Source of the DNA: Staphylococcus succinus
GTDB taxonomy: Bacteria; Bacillota; Bacilli; Staphylococcales; Staphylococcaceae
NCBI RefSeq assembly: GCF_029024945.1
Contig: NZ_CP118976.1
Coordinates: 2,191,624-2,231,623, forward strand
DNA length: 40,000 bases
Direction: 5' to 3'
Shown: in pieces, positions 8,710 through 17,422 of the stretch
Layout of the letters: every line of letters starts with the position of its first letter
Numbering within the stretch: position 1 is the first letter of the stretch
Notes under the pieces: model-generated
What the model was told of the DNA's origin: nothing
The model's database searches: none
The model's input: only the letters and a program-made list of their open reading frames with translations
Translations under genes and position numbers: made by a program

Positions 8710-9777
8710 TTAAGCAATATGCTTTTTATTTTGACTCTTTCTAAAATAATATTTAATAAGTACTGCAACAACTACAATTAGTCCTATCACACCCATAATT
8801 GGATATAAGAAATTAATTAGGCCAGCGAAACCAACAAAACTCAAACCATATGCTACTAATGACATAACAACTATCAATATATGATATTTTTTACTGTATG
8901 GCTCTGTAAACCTTGCTGAAAATGAATACATGAGTCCAAGAATTGTATTGTACATTACTGCTAACATAATGATTGATAATACTAACCCTAACCATGGAGT
9001 GATATTATTCGCTAAAGTTAATGTCGGAATAGAGACATCTTTAATTTTGGGATATTCTGCTTGTAATGCAAAATTGATGAGTGCAAGTAAAACAGTATAA
9101 ACAACACCACCAAATAATGCACCTGAACCCGAAATTTTACGTTTAGAAGCATCTCCGCCTATAGCAACTATCGTACTAAAACCAACTGCAAACGCTAAGC
9201 CACCATAATTAATACCATACATAATACCTTTCCAAATACTCGTTTCTGGCATTGTTTGGTTTACTTTATCGAATGAAATGCTTCCATTAAATAAATAATA
9301 TATTGCGATGGTTACTACCAAAATAATTAAAAATGGCGTCACCACACCTAATGCACGGACAATTTTATTAAAATCCATTAATAGCGTGATATATATTGCA
9401 ATTACCATAATTAAGGCACCCAACCAAGTAGGTACACTAAAACTTTCTTCAAAAGTTGCACCAGCACCAGCAATCATTGTCACCGAGATACCAAATAAGA
9501 AAAAGATTAGTAAGTAATCTATAATTTTACTAAATACACCACCAAATAAGTAATCTAATGTTGATTCATGATTTTGTGCATCAAATGCTGTTCCTATTTT
9601 AGCAACTTGTCTTCCAATAAATCCTAAAATCAAACCAGAAAGTATAACACCTATGTAAGACCATAAACCAAATGGTGTAAAGAATTGCATGACTTCCTGA
9701 CCAGTAGAAAAACCAGCACCTACAACGATGCCAACATAAGCAAAACCAATTTTTATAGCTTCTTTATTCAGCCCCAT
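8710..9777 (-). CDS. YkvI-family polytopic membrane protein (putative transporter)
   Basis: 355 aa with about 10-11 TM helices. The N-terminal motif VGAGFSTGQEVMQFF is typical of YkvI-like proteins (from memory). Confidence 0.7.
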   Translation of the reverse strand: MGLNKEAIKIGFAYVGIVVGAGFSTGQEVMQFFTPFGLWSYIGVILSGLILGFIGRQVAKIGTAFDAQNHESTLDYLFGGVFSKIIDYLLIFFLFGISVTMIAGAGATFEESFSVPTWLGALIMVIAIYITLLMDFNKIVRALGVVTPFLIILVVTIAIYYLFNGSISFDKVNQTMPETSIWKGIMYGINYGGLAFAVGFSTIVAIGGDASKRKISGSGALFGGVVYTVLLALINFALQAEYPKIKDVSIPTLTLANNITPWLGLVLSIIMLAVMYNTILGLMYSFSARFTEPYSKKYHILIVVMSLVAYGLSFVGFAGLINFLYPIMGVIGLIVVVAVLIKYYFRKSQNKKHIA

Positions 9778-10020
9778 CTACTAAAAAACCTCCTTATTGT
9801 TAACACATTGAGTTATTATAACTCAATAAATATATTTTGCAACATAGTAAAATATAAAATTACAAAAAAAAATCAATACACTACTTACCAATTTAAAATT
9901 AAAAAATCTTTGGTCACCCAATAGCTTTTTGATTATATTTTAATAAACATAATTCTATTTTTTAAATTTAATTTTTACTTTAGAAAAATTTAACAATAAC
10001 TATACCAGGTTTTTTTAAAT

Positions 10021-10061
10021 AAAAAACCAGAGAACGCATATATTTAAGCGAGTTCTCTGGT
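10021..10061 (-). terminator. Terminator downstream of the 166-aa hypothetical gene (sequence is bidirectional)
   Basis: ACCAGAGAAC-N16-GTTCTCTGGT flanked by an A-run and a T-run. Confidence 0.7.
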
Positions 10062-10117
10062 TTTTATTCATCACGTCAAAGTCCAATAATAATCTTTCAA
10101 TTAAAGTATATCGTACA

Positions 10118-10618
10118 TTAATGTGCATTTTTAAATCGATTAAGTTCATTGAAATCTACCACTACATTATCCATACGTTTAGCAGTTTCTTTAAGTACGT
10201 TACGCGCAACGCTATTAGACGGATCTAATTTAAGTATTTGACGAGAAACATCGAATGCTTTTTTATCAGAAATAACTGGTTCAGGAATTGCGTGTAACAA
10301 TAACATTTGTAATAAACTTTTCACTTCTTTGCCATCAGTAAGTTTTATGGATGACTCTGCATGATAAAAAGCAGAATCTAAAGCCCCTTGTAGTTCACTA
10401 AGAGGATAAACTAATAATAGAAAAGCTAAATCATGCATTTCTGCAGTCTCTTCTATTTTCATCATATCTAAGATACATGTATAAAACATGATACTTTCCA
10501 CTTCATGTGCACTAGAAATATAAGCTTCTTCAAATTCCATAAAATCTGCTTCGGACATCAAACGTTTAACTGACTCAAATTCGCCGTTTAAGACATGCTT
10601 TTTAATTAACTCTTTCAT
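10118..10618 (-). CDS. Hypothetical cytoplasmic, predicted all-helical acidic protein
   Basis: Clean 166-aa ORF with a GGAGGA SD. It has its own terminator and a syntenic position, but no motif I recognise. Confidence 0.6.
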   Translation of the reverse strand: MKELIKKHVLNGEFESVKRLMSEADFMEFEEAYISSAHEVESIMFYTCILDMMKIEETAEMHDLAFLLLVYPLSELQGALDSAFYHAESSIKLTDGKEVKSLLQMLLLHAIPEPVISDKKAFDVSRQILKLDPSNSVARNVLKETAKRMDNVVVDFNELNRFKNAH

Positions 10619-10817
10619 GGCAATGTCCTCCTAAGTCTCCAGATTTCTATAATAGTTAGCTTCTATTTTACCATAATATAACTATTTATTCATTTAAAAA
10701 AGAAGCTATTCACTATATTAACTTAAGTTTGATCACTAGATACAAGAACACTACCTTAAATGAACTAGAACAAAAACAACCTTTTCCAAATTATTTAGAC
10801 ATATATACTAATCATAA

Positions 10818-11180
10818 TTAACCAAAGGTTTTATTTAAATCCGCAATAGCATCTTCAATCGATCCACCGACAGATAATTTTACAGCTGCTGTAAAACTGC
10901 CTTCGACAATCGGGGCATTCACTTTTTCTATTTGATAATTTCCTGTATACATTTCAATAGCTAAATCTAAATTCATCTCTGCGGAACCAATATCGTAAAA
11001 ACAAAGTGCATCGTCCTCTAACTCATTGACTAAAGTTTGAATATGATCATATGAAGTGCCGATGTTACCCTCGACACCACCTTGTGCAATCACATGCACT
11101 TCATTTGCCATTTGATTCAATAAATCTTTTGTTCCATTTGCGATATCTTTACTGTGGCTAACTATTACAATTGTCGTCAT
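10818..11180 (-). CDS. dhaM: PTS-dependent dihydroxyacetone kinase, phosphotransferase subunit DhaM (EIIA-Man-like)
   Basis: 120 aa beginning IVIVSHS (phospho-His region). It is the last gene of the dhaK-dhaL-dhaM string. Confidence 0.85.
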   Translation of the reverse strand: MTTIVIVSHSKDIANGTKDLLNQMANEVHVIAQGGVEGNIGTSYDHIQTLVNELEDDALCFYDIGSAEMNLDLAIEMYTGNYQIEKVNAPIVEGSFTAAVKLSVGGSIEDAIADLNKTFG

Positions 11181-11182
11181 AA

Positions 11183-11758
11183 CTATTCATCTCCAATCAA
11201 TGCATTTAAAATATAAACACTACTTTGTGCACCTGGGTCAATATGACCAATAGATGCTTCTTTAAAGTAGGAAGCTCTTCCTTTAGTTGCTTCTATATCT
11301 TTCGTTAAATCTGCATACGATTGTAAAACTTCTTCTGTTAACTTTTCGTCATTTTCTGCTGCTTCACTTGCACGCTTAATTACATCGTACATCGTTTTTT
11401 CATTTAACTCTACTTTTCCTCTTTGAGCAATAGCCTCCGCAAAAGTATTTAATATAGTTTTTAAGTTCTTATCGTTGATGTCATCTTCTACTACTTGAGA
11501 CATCTTAACAAAACTAAATCCGTATAATGGTCCTGAGGCACCACCAATATTTGACATTAATGTCATACCTGTAGATTTTAACAAACTCTGCATAGAACTA
11601 TCATCAATATTATCTGGCAGTGCTTTAAAGCCTCTAACCATATTTACTCCGTGATCACCATCACCAATCGCACGATCTAATTCAGTCAATAAACCTTCTT
11701 TTTCTTCAAATATTTCTACTAAATTAAGTAATCTATCTTTCAATTCGACAACATTCAT
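11183..11758 (-). CDS. dhaL: Dihydroxyacetone kinase ADP-binding subunit DhaL
   Basis: DGDHGVNM Mg/ADP-binding motif and a helical DAK2 domain of the expected length. Confidence 0.9.
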   Translation of the reverse strand: MNVVELKDRLLNLVEIFEEKEGLLTELDRAIGDGDHGVNMVRGFKALPDNIDDSSMQSLLKSTGMTLMSNIGGASGPLYGFSFVKMSQVVEDDINDKNLKTILNTFAEAIAQRGKVELNEKTMYDVIKRASEAAENDEKLTEEVLQSYADLTKDIEATKGRASYFKEASIGHIDPGAQSSVYILNALIGDE

Positions 11759-11791
11759 ATTTATTCGCTCCTTTTTACAATGTTATATGCC

Positions 11792-12757
11792 TTAATTAAA
11801 GTACGAACTTTCCGTCGGTTCTGACAGTGCCGTTAATACAGCTTCGTTATATGGTATAAAAGTTAATGAAAAACCTTGCATATCAAGCGCAGTCATATAA
11901 TCGCCAACCAACCAATGTTTAACTTCAATATCCCGTTGACTCAAGTTATCATTTACATACTTCGTTACTATGTTCAATTCTGATAATGGTGTAGCCCCCA
12001 TTCCATTGACCATAACTATAAGTTGCTTTGCTTCAACTTCTTTCATTAATTCCGAAATTAACCGTTCTACGATTTGATCTACTGGCACTATTTTTTCTCT
12101 AGATAATCCCTTTTCACCATGAATACCGACGCCAATCTCTATTTCATCACTCTCAATATCAAAACCATATTGTCCTGTAGTAGGTACCATAGGTGCAGTT
12201 ATTGCCATTCCAATTGTTTTAATTTCAGATATAAATTGTTCTACCTTCTCTTTTATATTATCTAAGTTCTCCCCTTGGTCAGCCAAATGTCCAGCATACT
12301 TGTGTACTAAGACAGTCCCTGCAACCCCTCTTCTTTTATCTTCATCACTCACTGCAATATCATCTTTAACAATAACTGTGGCCACTTGAATATCTTCCAT
12401 TTCTGCCATCTCTTGTGCCATTTCAAAATTCATAACGTCACCGGCATAGTTTTTCACTACGAGTAGCACACCATTACCATTATCTACAGCTTTAATTGCA
12501 CTTAGTATTTTATCAGGTGTTGGTGATGTAAAGACTTCACCACATACGGCAGCATCTAACATACCATCCGCCACGTATCCAGCATGTGCCGGCTCATGCC
12601 CGCTCCCACCTCCAGATACAATAGCGACACCTTGTTTTTTCTTCTCTTTTCTTACAACAACAGTATCTGCAATGACTTCAATTTGAGTATTCATTCTTGA
12701 AAGTCCTTCTAACATATCAGTTAAGAAGGACGTCTTTTCTTTAATTAATTTTTTCAT
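11792..12757 (-). CDS. dhaK: Dihydroxyacetone kinase substrate-binding subunit DhaK
   Basis: DAK1 motif SGGGSGHEPAHAGY in a 321-aa protein. Confidence 0.9.
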   Translation of the reverse strand: MKKLIKEKTSFLTDMLEGLSRMNTQIEVIADTVVVRKEKKKQGVAIVSGGGSGHEPAHAGYVADGMLDAAVCGEVFTSPTPDKILSAIKAVDNGNGVLLVVKNYAGDVMNFEMAQEMAEMEDIQVATVIVKDDIAVSDEDKRRGVAGTVLVHKYAGHLADQGENLDNIKEKVEQFISEIKTIGMAITAPMVPTTGQYGFDIESDEIEIGVGIHGEKGLSREKIVPVDQIVERLISELMKEVEAKQLIVMVNGMGATPLSELNIVTKYVNDNLSQRDIEVKHWLVGDYMTALDMQGFSLTFIPYNEAVLTALSEPTESSYFN

Positions 12758-12809
12758 AAAGTTAGCCTCCTGTTATCATTGTTCTCTTACATTATACCCC
12801 ACTCACAAA

Positions 12810-12823
12810 TGTAAACGCTAACA
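12810..12823. promoter_or_regulatory. Catabolite-responsive element (cre, CcpA site) in the dhaK upstream region
   Basis: TGTAAACGCTAACA fits TGWAANCGNTNWCA at every position. It also fits WTGNAANCGNWNNCW when the flanking A and C are included. It lies 53-66 nt upstream of the dhaK ATG. Confidence 0.55.
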
Positions 12824-12861
12824 CCAAGGAAGAAATCTATTTAATATTCATTTACAAAGTA

Positions 12862-12900
12862 TAAGAAAAGGATGTAAACCACTTTCATGGTATACATCCT
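12862..12900 (-). terminator. Terminator downstream of fhuG
   Basis: AGGATGTAAACCA / TGGTATACATCCT stem with one mismatch, followed on the minus strand by TTTTCTTAT. Confidence 0.5.
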
Positions 12901-12913
12901 CATTATCAATCAT

Positions 12914-13930
12914 TTATACTGATTTCGTTTTATACATCAAATATAAGAAATACGGCGCGCCAATAATCGCAACTACGATTCCTGCAGGTACTCCAGAAGG
13001 TTGTAAAATAACTTTCCCAATCGTATCTGCTAATACTAATAAAAACGCACCTATCAATATAGATATAGGTAAAAACAGTTGATGCCTCGGGCCAACAATA
13101 GATTTAGCGATATGCGGTCCCATCAAACCAATGAACCCTATTGCCCCAGCAACTGATACAGCTGCTGACGATAAAATCACTGCCACCAAGAGCAGAATAA
13201 TACGTTCTTTGCCAATTTTCACGCCTACACCTTGAGCAATATATTGATGCGTACTCAACAAATTTAGCACATTGGATTTAAACAATAAGAATGGAATTAA
13301 AATAATAACCCATGGTAAGAATGCGATAACAAATGTCCATTCATCCCCCCATATGTTACCAGCAAACCATGAGGCAATAAATTCGGATTGGTCTTCATCA
13401 AATTTAGACATTAAAGTCAATGAACCACCACTAAGTGCTGCAGCCATCCCTACACCCACAAGTACCATGCTCGCAGGTGTAATACCTTCTCCTTTATTAT
13501 AACTAAAAGAAAAGATAATCAACGCTGTTAATATGCCGCCAATCATACTTACAAAAGGCAGGATATACACAAAATTATCCGCATTAACTTGACCAACAAC
13601 AATAAATAAGGCTATAACGAAACCACTACCTGCATTTATTCCCAAAATACCTGGTTCTGCTAATGGATTTCTTGTAACACTTTGTATCACCGCACCGCTC
13701 ATAGCTAGTGCTGCACCTGCCAAAATAGTAATTATCATGCGTGGTAGTCTAAATTCCATCAAAATAAGTGTATCTGTATACGCTCCCTGACCTATCAACG
13801 TCTTAAAGAAAGTGCCTATCGACATTTTATATTCTCCTGAGGTCATACTCCATGCACAAGCAAGCAAGACGAGTACACATAAAATAACCATTGTTATCCA
13901 TTGTTTATATCTAAGTTTTGGATTTATCAT
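12914..13930 (-). CDS. fhuG: Ferric hydroxamate/siderophore ABC transporter permease (FecCD family)
   Basis: Polytopic FecCD-type permease (LAEPGILGINAGSG). It overlaps fhuB by 4 nt and is third in the fhuC-B-G order. Confidence 0.85.
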   Translation of the reverse strand: MINPKLRYKQWITMVILCVLVLLACAWSMTSGEYKMSIGTFFKTLIGQGAYTDTLILMEFRLPRMIITILAGAALAMSGAVIQSVTRNPLAEPGILGINAGSGFVIALFIVVGQVNADNFVYILPFVSMIGGILTALIIFSFSYNKGEGITPASMVLVGVGMAAALSGGSLTLMSKFDEDQSEFIASWFAGNIWGDEWTFVIAFLPWVIILIPFLLFKSNVLNLLSTHQYIAQGVGVKIGKERIILLLVAVILSSAAVSVAGAIGFIGLMGPHIAKSIVGPRHQLFLPISILIGAFLLVLADTIGKVILQPSGVPAGIVVAIIGAPYFLYLMYKTKSV

Positions 13931-14928
13931 GAGAAGCGACCTCCTCTTTTAACTAAATATAAGAAATAAGGTACGCCTATAAATGAAATGATTGCTCCTA
14001 CTGGCGCTTCACCTAACATACGCGCAACAGTATCTGCCACAAGCATTAACAGACCACCGACAACAGCTGTTAATGGAACAACACGTGCGTAATCTGTACC
14101 TACTAAATAACGGACGATATGTGGAACCATTAGTCCAACGAATGCAATTTGTCCAACCATAGCGACTGCTATACCAGCAAGTACCATAGATAAGACCAAC
14201 GTGATACCTCTAGTGAAAGCTACATTTTGCCCTAACCCTCTTGCTAGAGTTTCCCCTAAATTCAAGATGGTTAATTGCTTACTCATAATAATAAGTACAA
14301 CTAGTGAAATAATAATAAATGGGGCGGCCCAAATTAGTTGACCCCACGTTGTACCAGAAACACCACCAGCACTCCAAAAAGTAAGACTTTGATTTAATCT
14401 AAATAAAAGCGCGACACCTTGGCTTAATGCAGTTAATAATGCACTGACTGCTGCACCAGCAAGAATTATGCGCATAGGATTAAAACCATCACTTCTTGAC
14501 TTTCCTATCATTAATACGATAAAACCACCTAACAACGCGCCTATAAAACCAGCAAACATCAGTACTAAAAAAGGCGCAGAAGGGTATAGTGCAAAAGTGA
14601 GTGCAAGCATAAATGAAGCTCCAGAGTTCAAGCCAATTAAACTTGGGTCTGCTAACCCATTTTTAGTAACACCTTGAATCACAGCTCCTGAGGTAGCCAA
14701 TGCAACTCCTACTAATATTGCACCTATATCTCTAGGAATTCGTATTTCACTAATAATATTGTGCTGTTGGTTTTTTGAATCATAATTGAATACCGCATCA
14801 AAGATTGTAGTTATATGAATCTTGGCATCACCCAATAAAATAGACACAGTAAGTGCAATTAATAATAAGACAACACTCACAAGTAGTGTTGTCGTAAAGT
14901 TTAGTTTCCCTTTTCTCTTTGTCATCAT
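13927..14928 (-). CDS. fhuB: Ferric hydroxamate/siderophore ABC transporter permease (FecCD family)
   Basis: FecCD-type permease (LADPSLIGLNSGAS), paralogous to the downstream gene. Confidence 0.85.
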   Translation of the reverse strand: MMTKRKGKLNFTTTLLVSVVLLLIALTVSILLGDAKIHITTIFDAVFNYDSKNQQHNIISEIRIPRDIGAILVGVALATSGAVIQGVTKNGLADPSLIGLNSGASFMLALTFALYPSAPFLVLMFAGFIGALLGGFIVLMIGKSRSDGFNPMRIILAGAAVSALLTALSQGVALLFRLNQSLTFWSAGGVSGTTWGQLIWAAPFIIISLVVLIIMSKQLTILNLGETLARGLGQNVAFTRGITLVLSMVLAGIAVAMVGQIAFVGLMVPHIVRYLVGTDYARVVPLTAVVGGLLMLVADTVARMLGEAPVGAIISFIGVPYFLYLVKRGGRFS

Positions 14929-14938
14929 AAATTAACTC

Positions 14939-15742
14939 CTAAACCTCTGTATAGCTCTTTCTACATAAATCATATGTCACTAACATAGGTTTTCCCGTTC
15001 TAGGATCCGTACTAATTTCAACATCAATGTTAAATACTTTTTCTAAATTTTCTTTAGTTAAAACTGCTTCAGTATCTCCATGAGCAACGATATCCCCATC
15101 TTTCATAGTAATTAAGTGATCTGAGAAACGTACCGCTTGATTGATATCATGTAACACCATAATAATTGTACAATCTTGTTCACGGTTTAGCTGAGTAATT
15201 AATTCTAAAATTTCTAATTGATGAGATATATCTAAATACGTAGTAGGCTCGTCTAAGAAAATGATATCTGTACGCTGCGCTAGTGCCATAGCAATCCATA
15301 CTCTTTGACGTTGCCCCCCACTCAAATCATTAATTGGACGATGTTTAAAATCATAAGTTCCCGTAACTGTCATAGCCCAATCGATTTCCTTTTTATCTTC
15401 AGCAGACAATCGACCAAAACCTTTTTGATGTGGAAAACGACCATATGAAACTAATTCTCCGACTGTCAATCCATCTGCAACCTCCGGGGATTGCGGTAAA
15501 ATTGCAATTTTTTTAGCTACATCTTTTGTAGATTGCGCATGCAAACTTTCACCATCTAATTTTATTTGACCATCTTTAATTGGCAATAAACGCGACAACG
15601 CTTTTAATAACGTTGATTTCCCACAACCGTTAGGCCCAATTATTGAAGTGATTTTCCCATCAGGAATATGAATATCTAAATTATCTACAATGACATTATC
15701 TCCATAACCTATAGTAACTTGCTCTCCTAATAAACGGTTCAT
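14939..15742 (-). CDS. fhuC: Ferric hydroxamate/siderophore ABC transporter ATPase (FhuC, also called FhuA in S. aureus)
   Basis: Walker A GPNGCGKST, signature LSGGQRQR and Walker B IIFLDEPT. A Fur box lies upstream. Confidence 0.9.
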   Translation of the reverse strand: MNRLLGEQVTIGYGDNVIVDNLDIHIPDGKITSIIGPNGCGKSTLLKALSRLLPIKDGQIKLDGESLHAQSTKDVAKKIAILPQSPEVADGLTVGELVSYGRFPHQKGFGRLSAEDKKEIDWAMTVTGTYDFKHRPINDLSGGQRQRVWIAMALAQRTDIIFLDEPTTYLDISHQLEILELITQLNREQDCTIIMVLHDINQAVRFSDHLITMKDGDIVAHGDTEAVLTKENLEKVFNIDVEISTDPRTGKPMLVTYDLCRKSYTEV

Positions 15743-15838
15743 AAGTTCCCTTCTTCCTTATAATAAGCATAATTCTTTATCTATAATTTCATTTTATGAT
15801 TTACGACAATATATTTATTTTATTTTCAATTAATTTTT

Positions 15839-15857
15839 GTAAATGATAATCATTATC
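15839..15857. promoter_or_regulatory. Fur box upstream of fhuCBG
   Basis: GTAAATGATAATCATTATC matches the 19-bp Fur consensus GATAATGATAATCATTATC at 17 of 19 positions. The core TGATAATCATTATCA (15844-15858) is a perfect palindrome. It lies about 100 nt upstream of the fhuC start. Confidence 0.8.
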
Positions 15858-16013
15858 ACAGGTGTCATTATATCATTTTTTACTAATATTGACTATCAAA
15901 TATTATTACTATAATTATTAATTACAGTTACTATGCCCAGAAGGAAAATCTAGTGAATTATAATTTTGAGTCGTAGAATGATCATATTATGATGCCAAAG
16001 ATTATTTTGTTTT

Positions 16014-16055
16014 AAAAAAGCCTTGTTTCTTGGTAAAAAAACCAAAAGACAAGGC
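16014..16055 (-). terminator. Terminator downstream of the yitT-like gene
   Basis: The minus strand reads GCCTTGTCTTTTGG-T7-ACCAAGAAACAAGGC followed by T6. Confidence 0.7.
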
Positions 16056-16085
16056 ATCGCAAATTATTTGTACATCGTAATTAAA

Positions 16086-16922
16086 TTAGTGTTCATCTAT
16101 TAAAAAACCATTACCATATACATCGCGTACATCATGAATGACTAAAAAGGCATCATCATCTATTTTTCTAATTAAACGTTTGGCCTTTGTGACTTGGGTC
16201 TTTGTAATAACGACATAAAGTATGTCTTTCTCTTGTTTTGAAAAATAGCCCCTACCATTGAGTATAGTAAGTCCACGTCCAACCTGTTCATCAATAACCT
16301 TCGCAATTTCATCAGGTTTACTTGAAATAATGGTCATTGCTTTTTTCGTATTTAAACCTTCAATAACGTAATCCATTACTTTTGTGCCAATATATAATGA
16401 GATTACTGTGACTAAGGCACTGGCAATAGGTATCACCGTTAAAGAAATAACTACTACAATTAAATCAAAAAACAATAAAGCATATGGCGTGCTGACATCT
16501 AAGTATTTATTAGCTATTTTCGCTAAGATCGTAGTACCTGCAGTTGTACCACCCGCTAGTACGATAACACCAATTCCTAGACCAACACACGAGCCACCAA
16601 AAACTGCATTGACTAGTAAATTTCCAGTTTCAATATGCCAACTTTCAGTCACCTCTAGAAATACTGATATTAATATAGTCGCAACAATTGTTAAGTACAT
16701 ACTTCGCTTACTCAAAAACTTATAGCCTAAAGCAATAAGTACGGCATTTAATACGAAGTTAGTGATACTTGGAGAAATGTGAAAGGCATAGTAAAGTACA
16801 ATTGCTAAACCAGTCACGCCTCCTTCACCTAAATCAGCAGATATAATAAATGTATTTACGCCTGCTGAGAATACAAACGATCCGAAAACAATTAATATTA
16901 AATCACGCGCTGTTTTATTCAC
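16086..16922 (-). CDS. YitT-family membrane protein with a C-terminal DUF2179 domain
   Basis: GTG start with an AAGGAGG SD. Five to six TM helices with the GEGGVTGLAI motif, followed by a soluble C-terminal domain. Confidence 0.8.
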   Translation of the reverse strand: MNKTARDLILIVFGSFVFSAGVNTFIISADLGEGGVTGLAIVLYYAFHISPSITNFVLNAVLIALGYKFLSKRSMYLTIVATILISVFLEVTESWHIETGNLLVNAVFGGSCVGLGIGVIVLAGGTTAGTTILAKIANKYLDVSTPYALLFFDLIVVVISLTVIPIASALVTVISLYIGTKVMDYVIEGLNTKKAMTIISSKPDEIAKVIDEQVGRGLTILNGRGYFSKQEKDILYVVITKTQVTKAKRLIRKIDDDAFLVIHDVRDVYGNGFLIDEH

Positions 16923-17087
16923 CTACACAACCTCCTTTTATTTGGTTCAATCAATTGAATGTTAGCAAATATCAACACATACCACAATATCATTATGAAT
17001 AAATGATTATCTATTTTTCTATAAAATTGAATGTATTGCCCCTTAATTAGCGACCGAATTTAATTTTTAAAAATTCTGAATTTTCGA

Positions 17088-17116
17088 TTTACTTATACAA
17101 ACTACTTTGCTATAAT
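17088..17116 (+). promoter_or_regulatory. Sigma-A-type promoter for the candidate sRNA (extended -10)
   Basis: TTTACT (-35, 17088-17093), a 17-nt spacer, then TGC-TATAAT (17108-17116). The perfect palindrome AAAATTCTGAATTTT lies directly upstream at 17070-17084. Confidence 0.5.
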
Positions 17117-17122
17117 AAAATT

Positions 17123-17312
17123 TATCTTCTTATTGATAGCCAATAAGAAGCCATCTCCTTTGTGTTGTTTATAGTAACAAACAAAACAATTTTTGCTCGA
17201 GTATATTAATAGTACCTAGTCCTTACTACTAATATACAATTAATTCATTTCCCGTAAAAGCCAAGTAATGATGAATGTGTCTCCTCACTTCATTCACTTG
17301 GCTTTATTTTTG
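17123..17312 (+). ncRNA. rsaD: Candidate trans-acting sRNA of about 190 nt, probably the RsaD orthologue (by position and architecture)
   Basis: It has its own promoter and four structural elements. These are a 5' hairpin CTTCTTATTG-ATAGC-CAATAAGAAG (17126-17150), a central hairpin 17201-17237 with loop CCUAGUCCU, and a terminator hairpin 17260-17302 followed by TTTATTTTTGTCTTTT. Unpaired C-rich motifs are CCAUCUCC (17151-17158) and UUUCCCG (17248-17254). There is no plausible ORF. From memory, S. aureus RsaD maps to the equivalent nupC/yitT intergenic region (SA0600/SA0601). Confidence 0.45.
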
Positions 17313-17358
17313 TCTTTTAAAAATTTACCTCAATATATAACATACACATTCATTGTAA

Positions 17359-17398
17359 TAAAAAACTGATGTAGAACCTCATTAAGGTCCACACCAGT
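17359..17398 (-). terminator. Terminator downstream of nupC
   Basis: Imperfect stem AACTGATGTAGAACC / GGTCCACACCAGTT with flanking A and T runs. Confidence 0.55.
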
Positions 17399-17422
17399 TT
17401 TTTATAATTCCATTATTTCTAG

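Noticed and set aside
16384-16725. 113-aa plus-strand ORF inside the yitT-like gene.
   Set aside because: It is a shadow ORF antisense to a well-supported membrane protein gene, with no SD.
16999-17017. Fur-box-like sequence ATAAATGATTATCTATTTT upstream of the yitT-like gene.
   Set aside because: It matches the Fur consensus at only about 11 of 19 positions, which is within background for AT-rich intergenic DNA.
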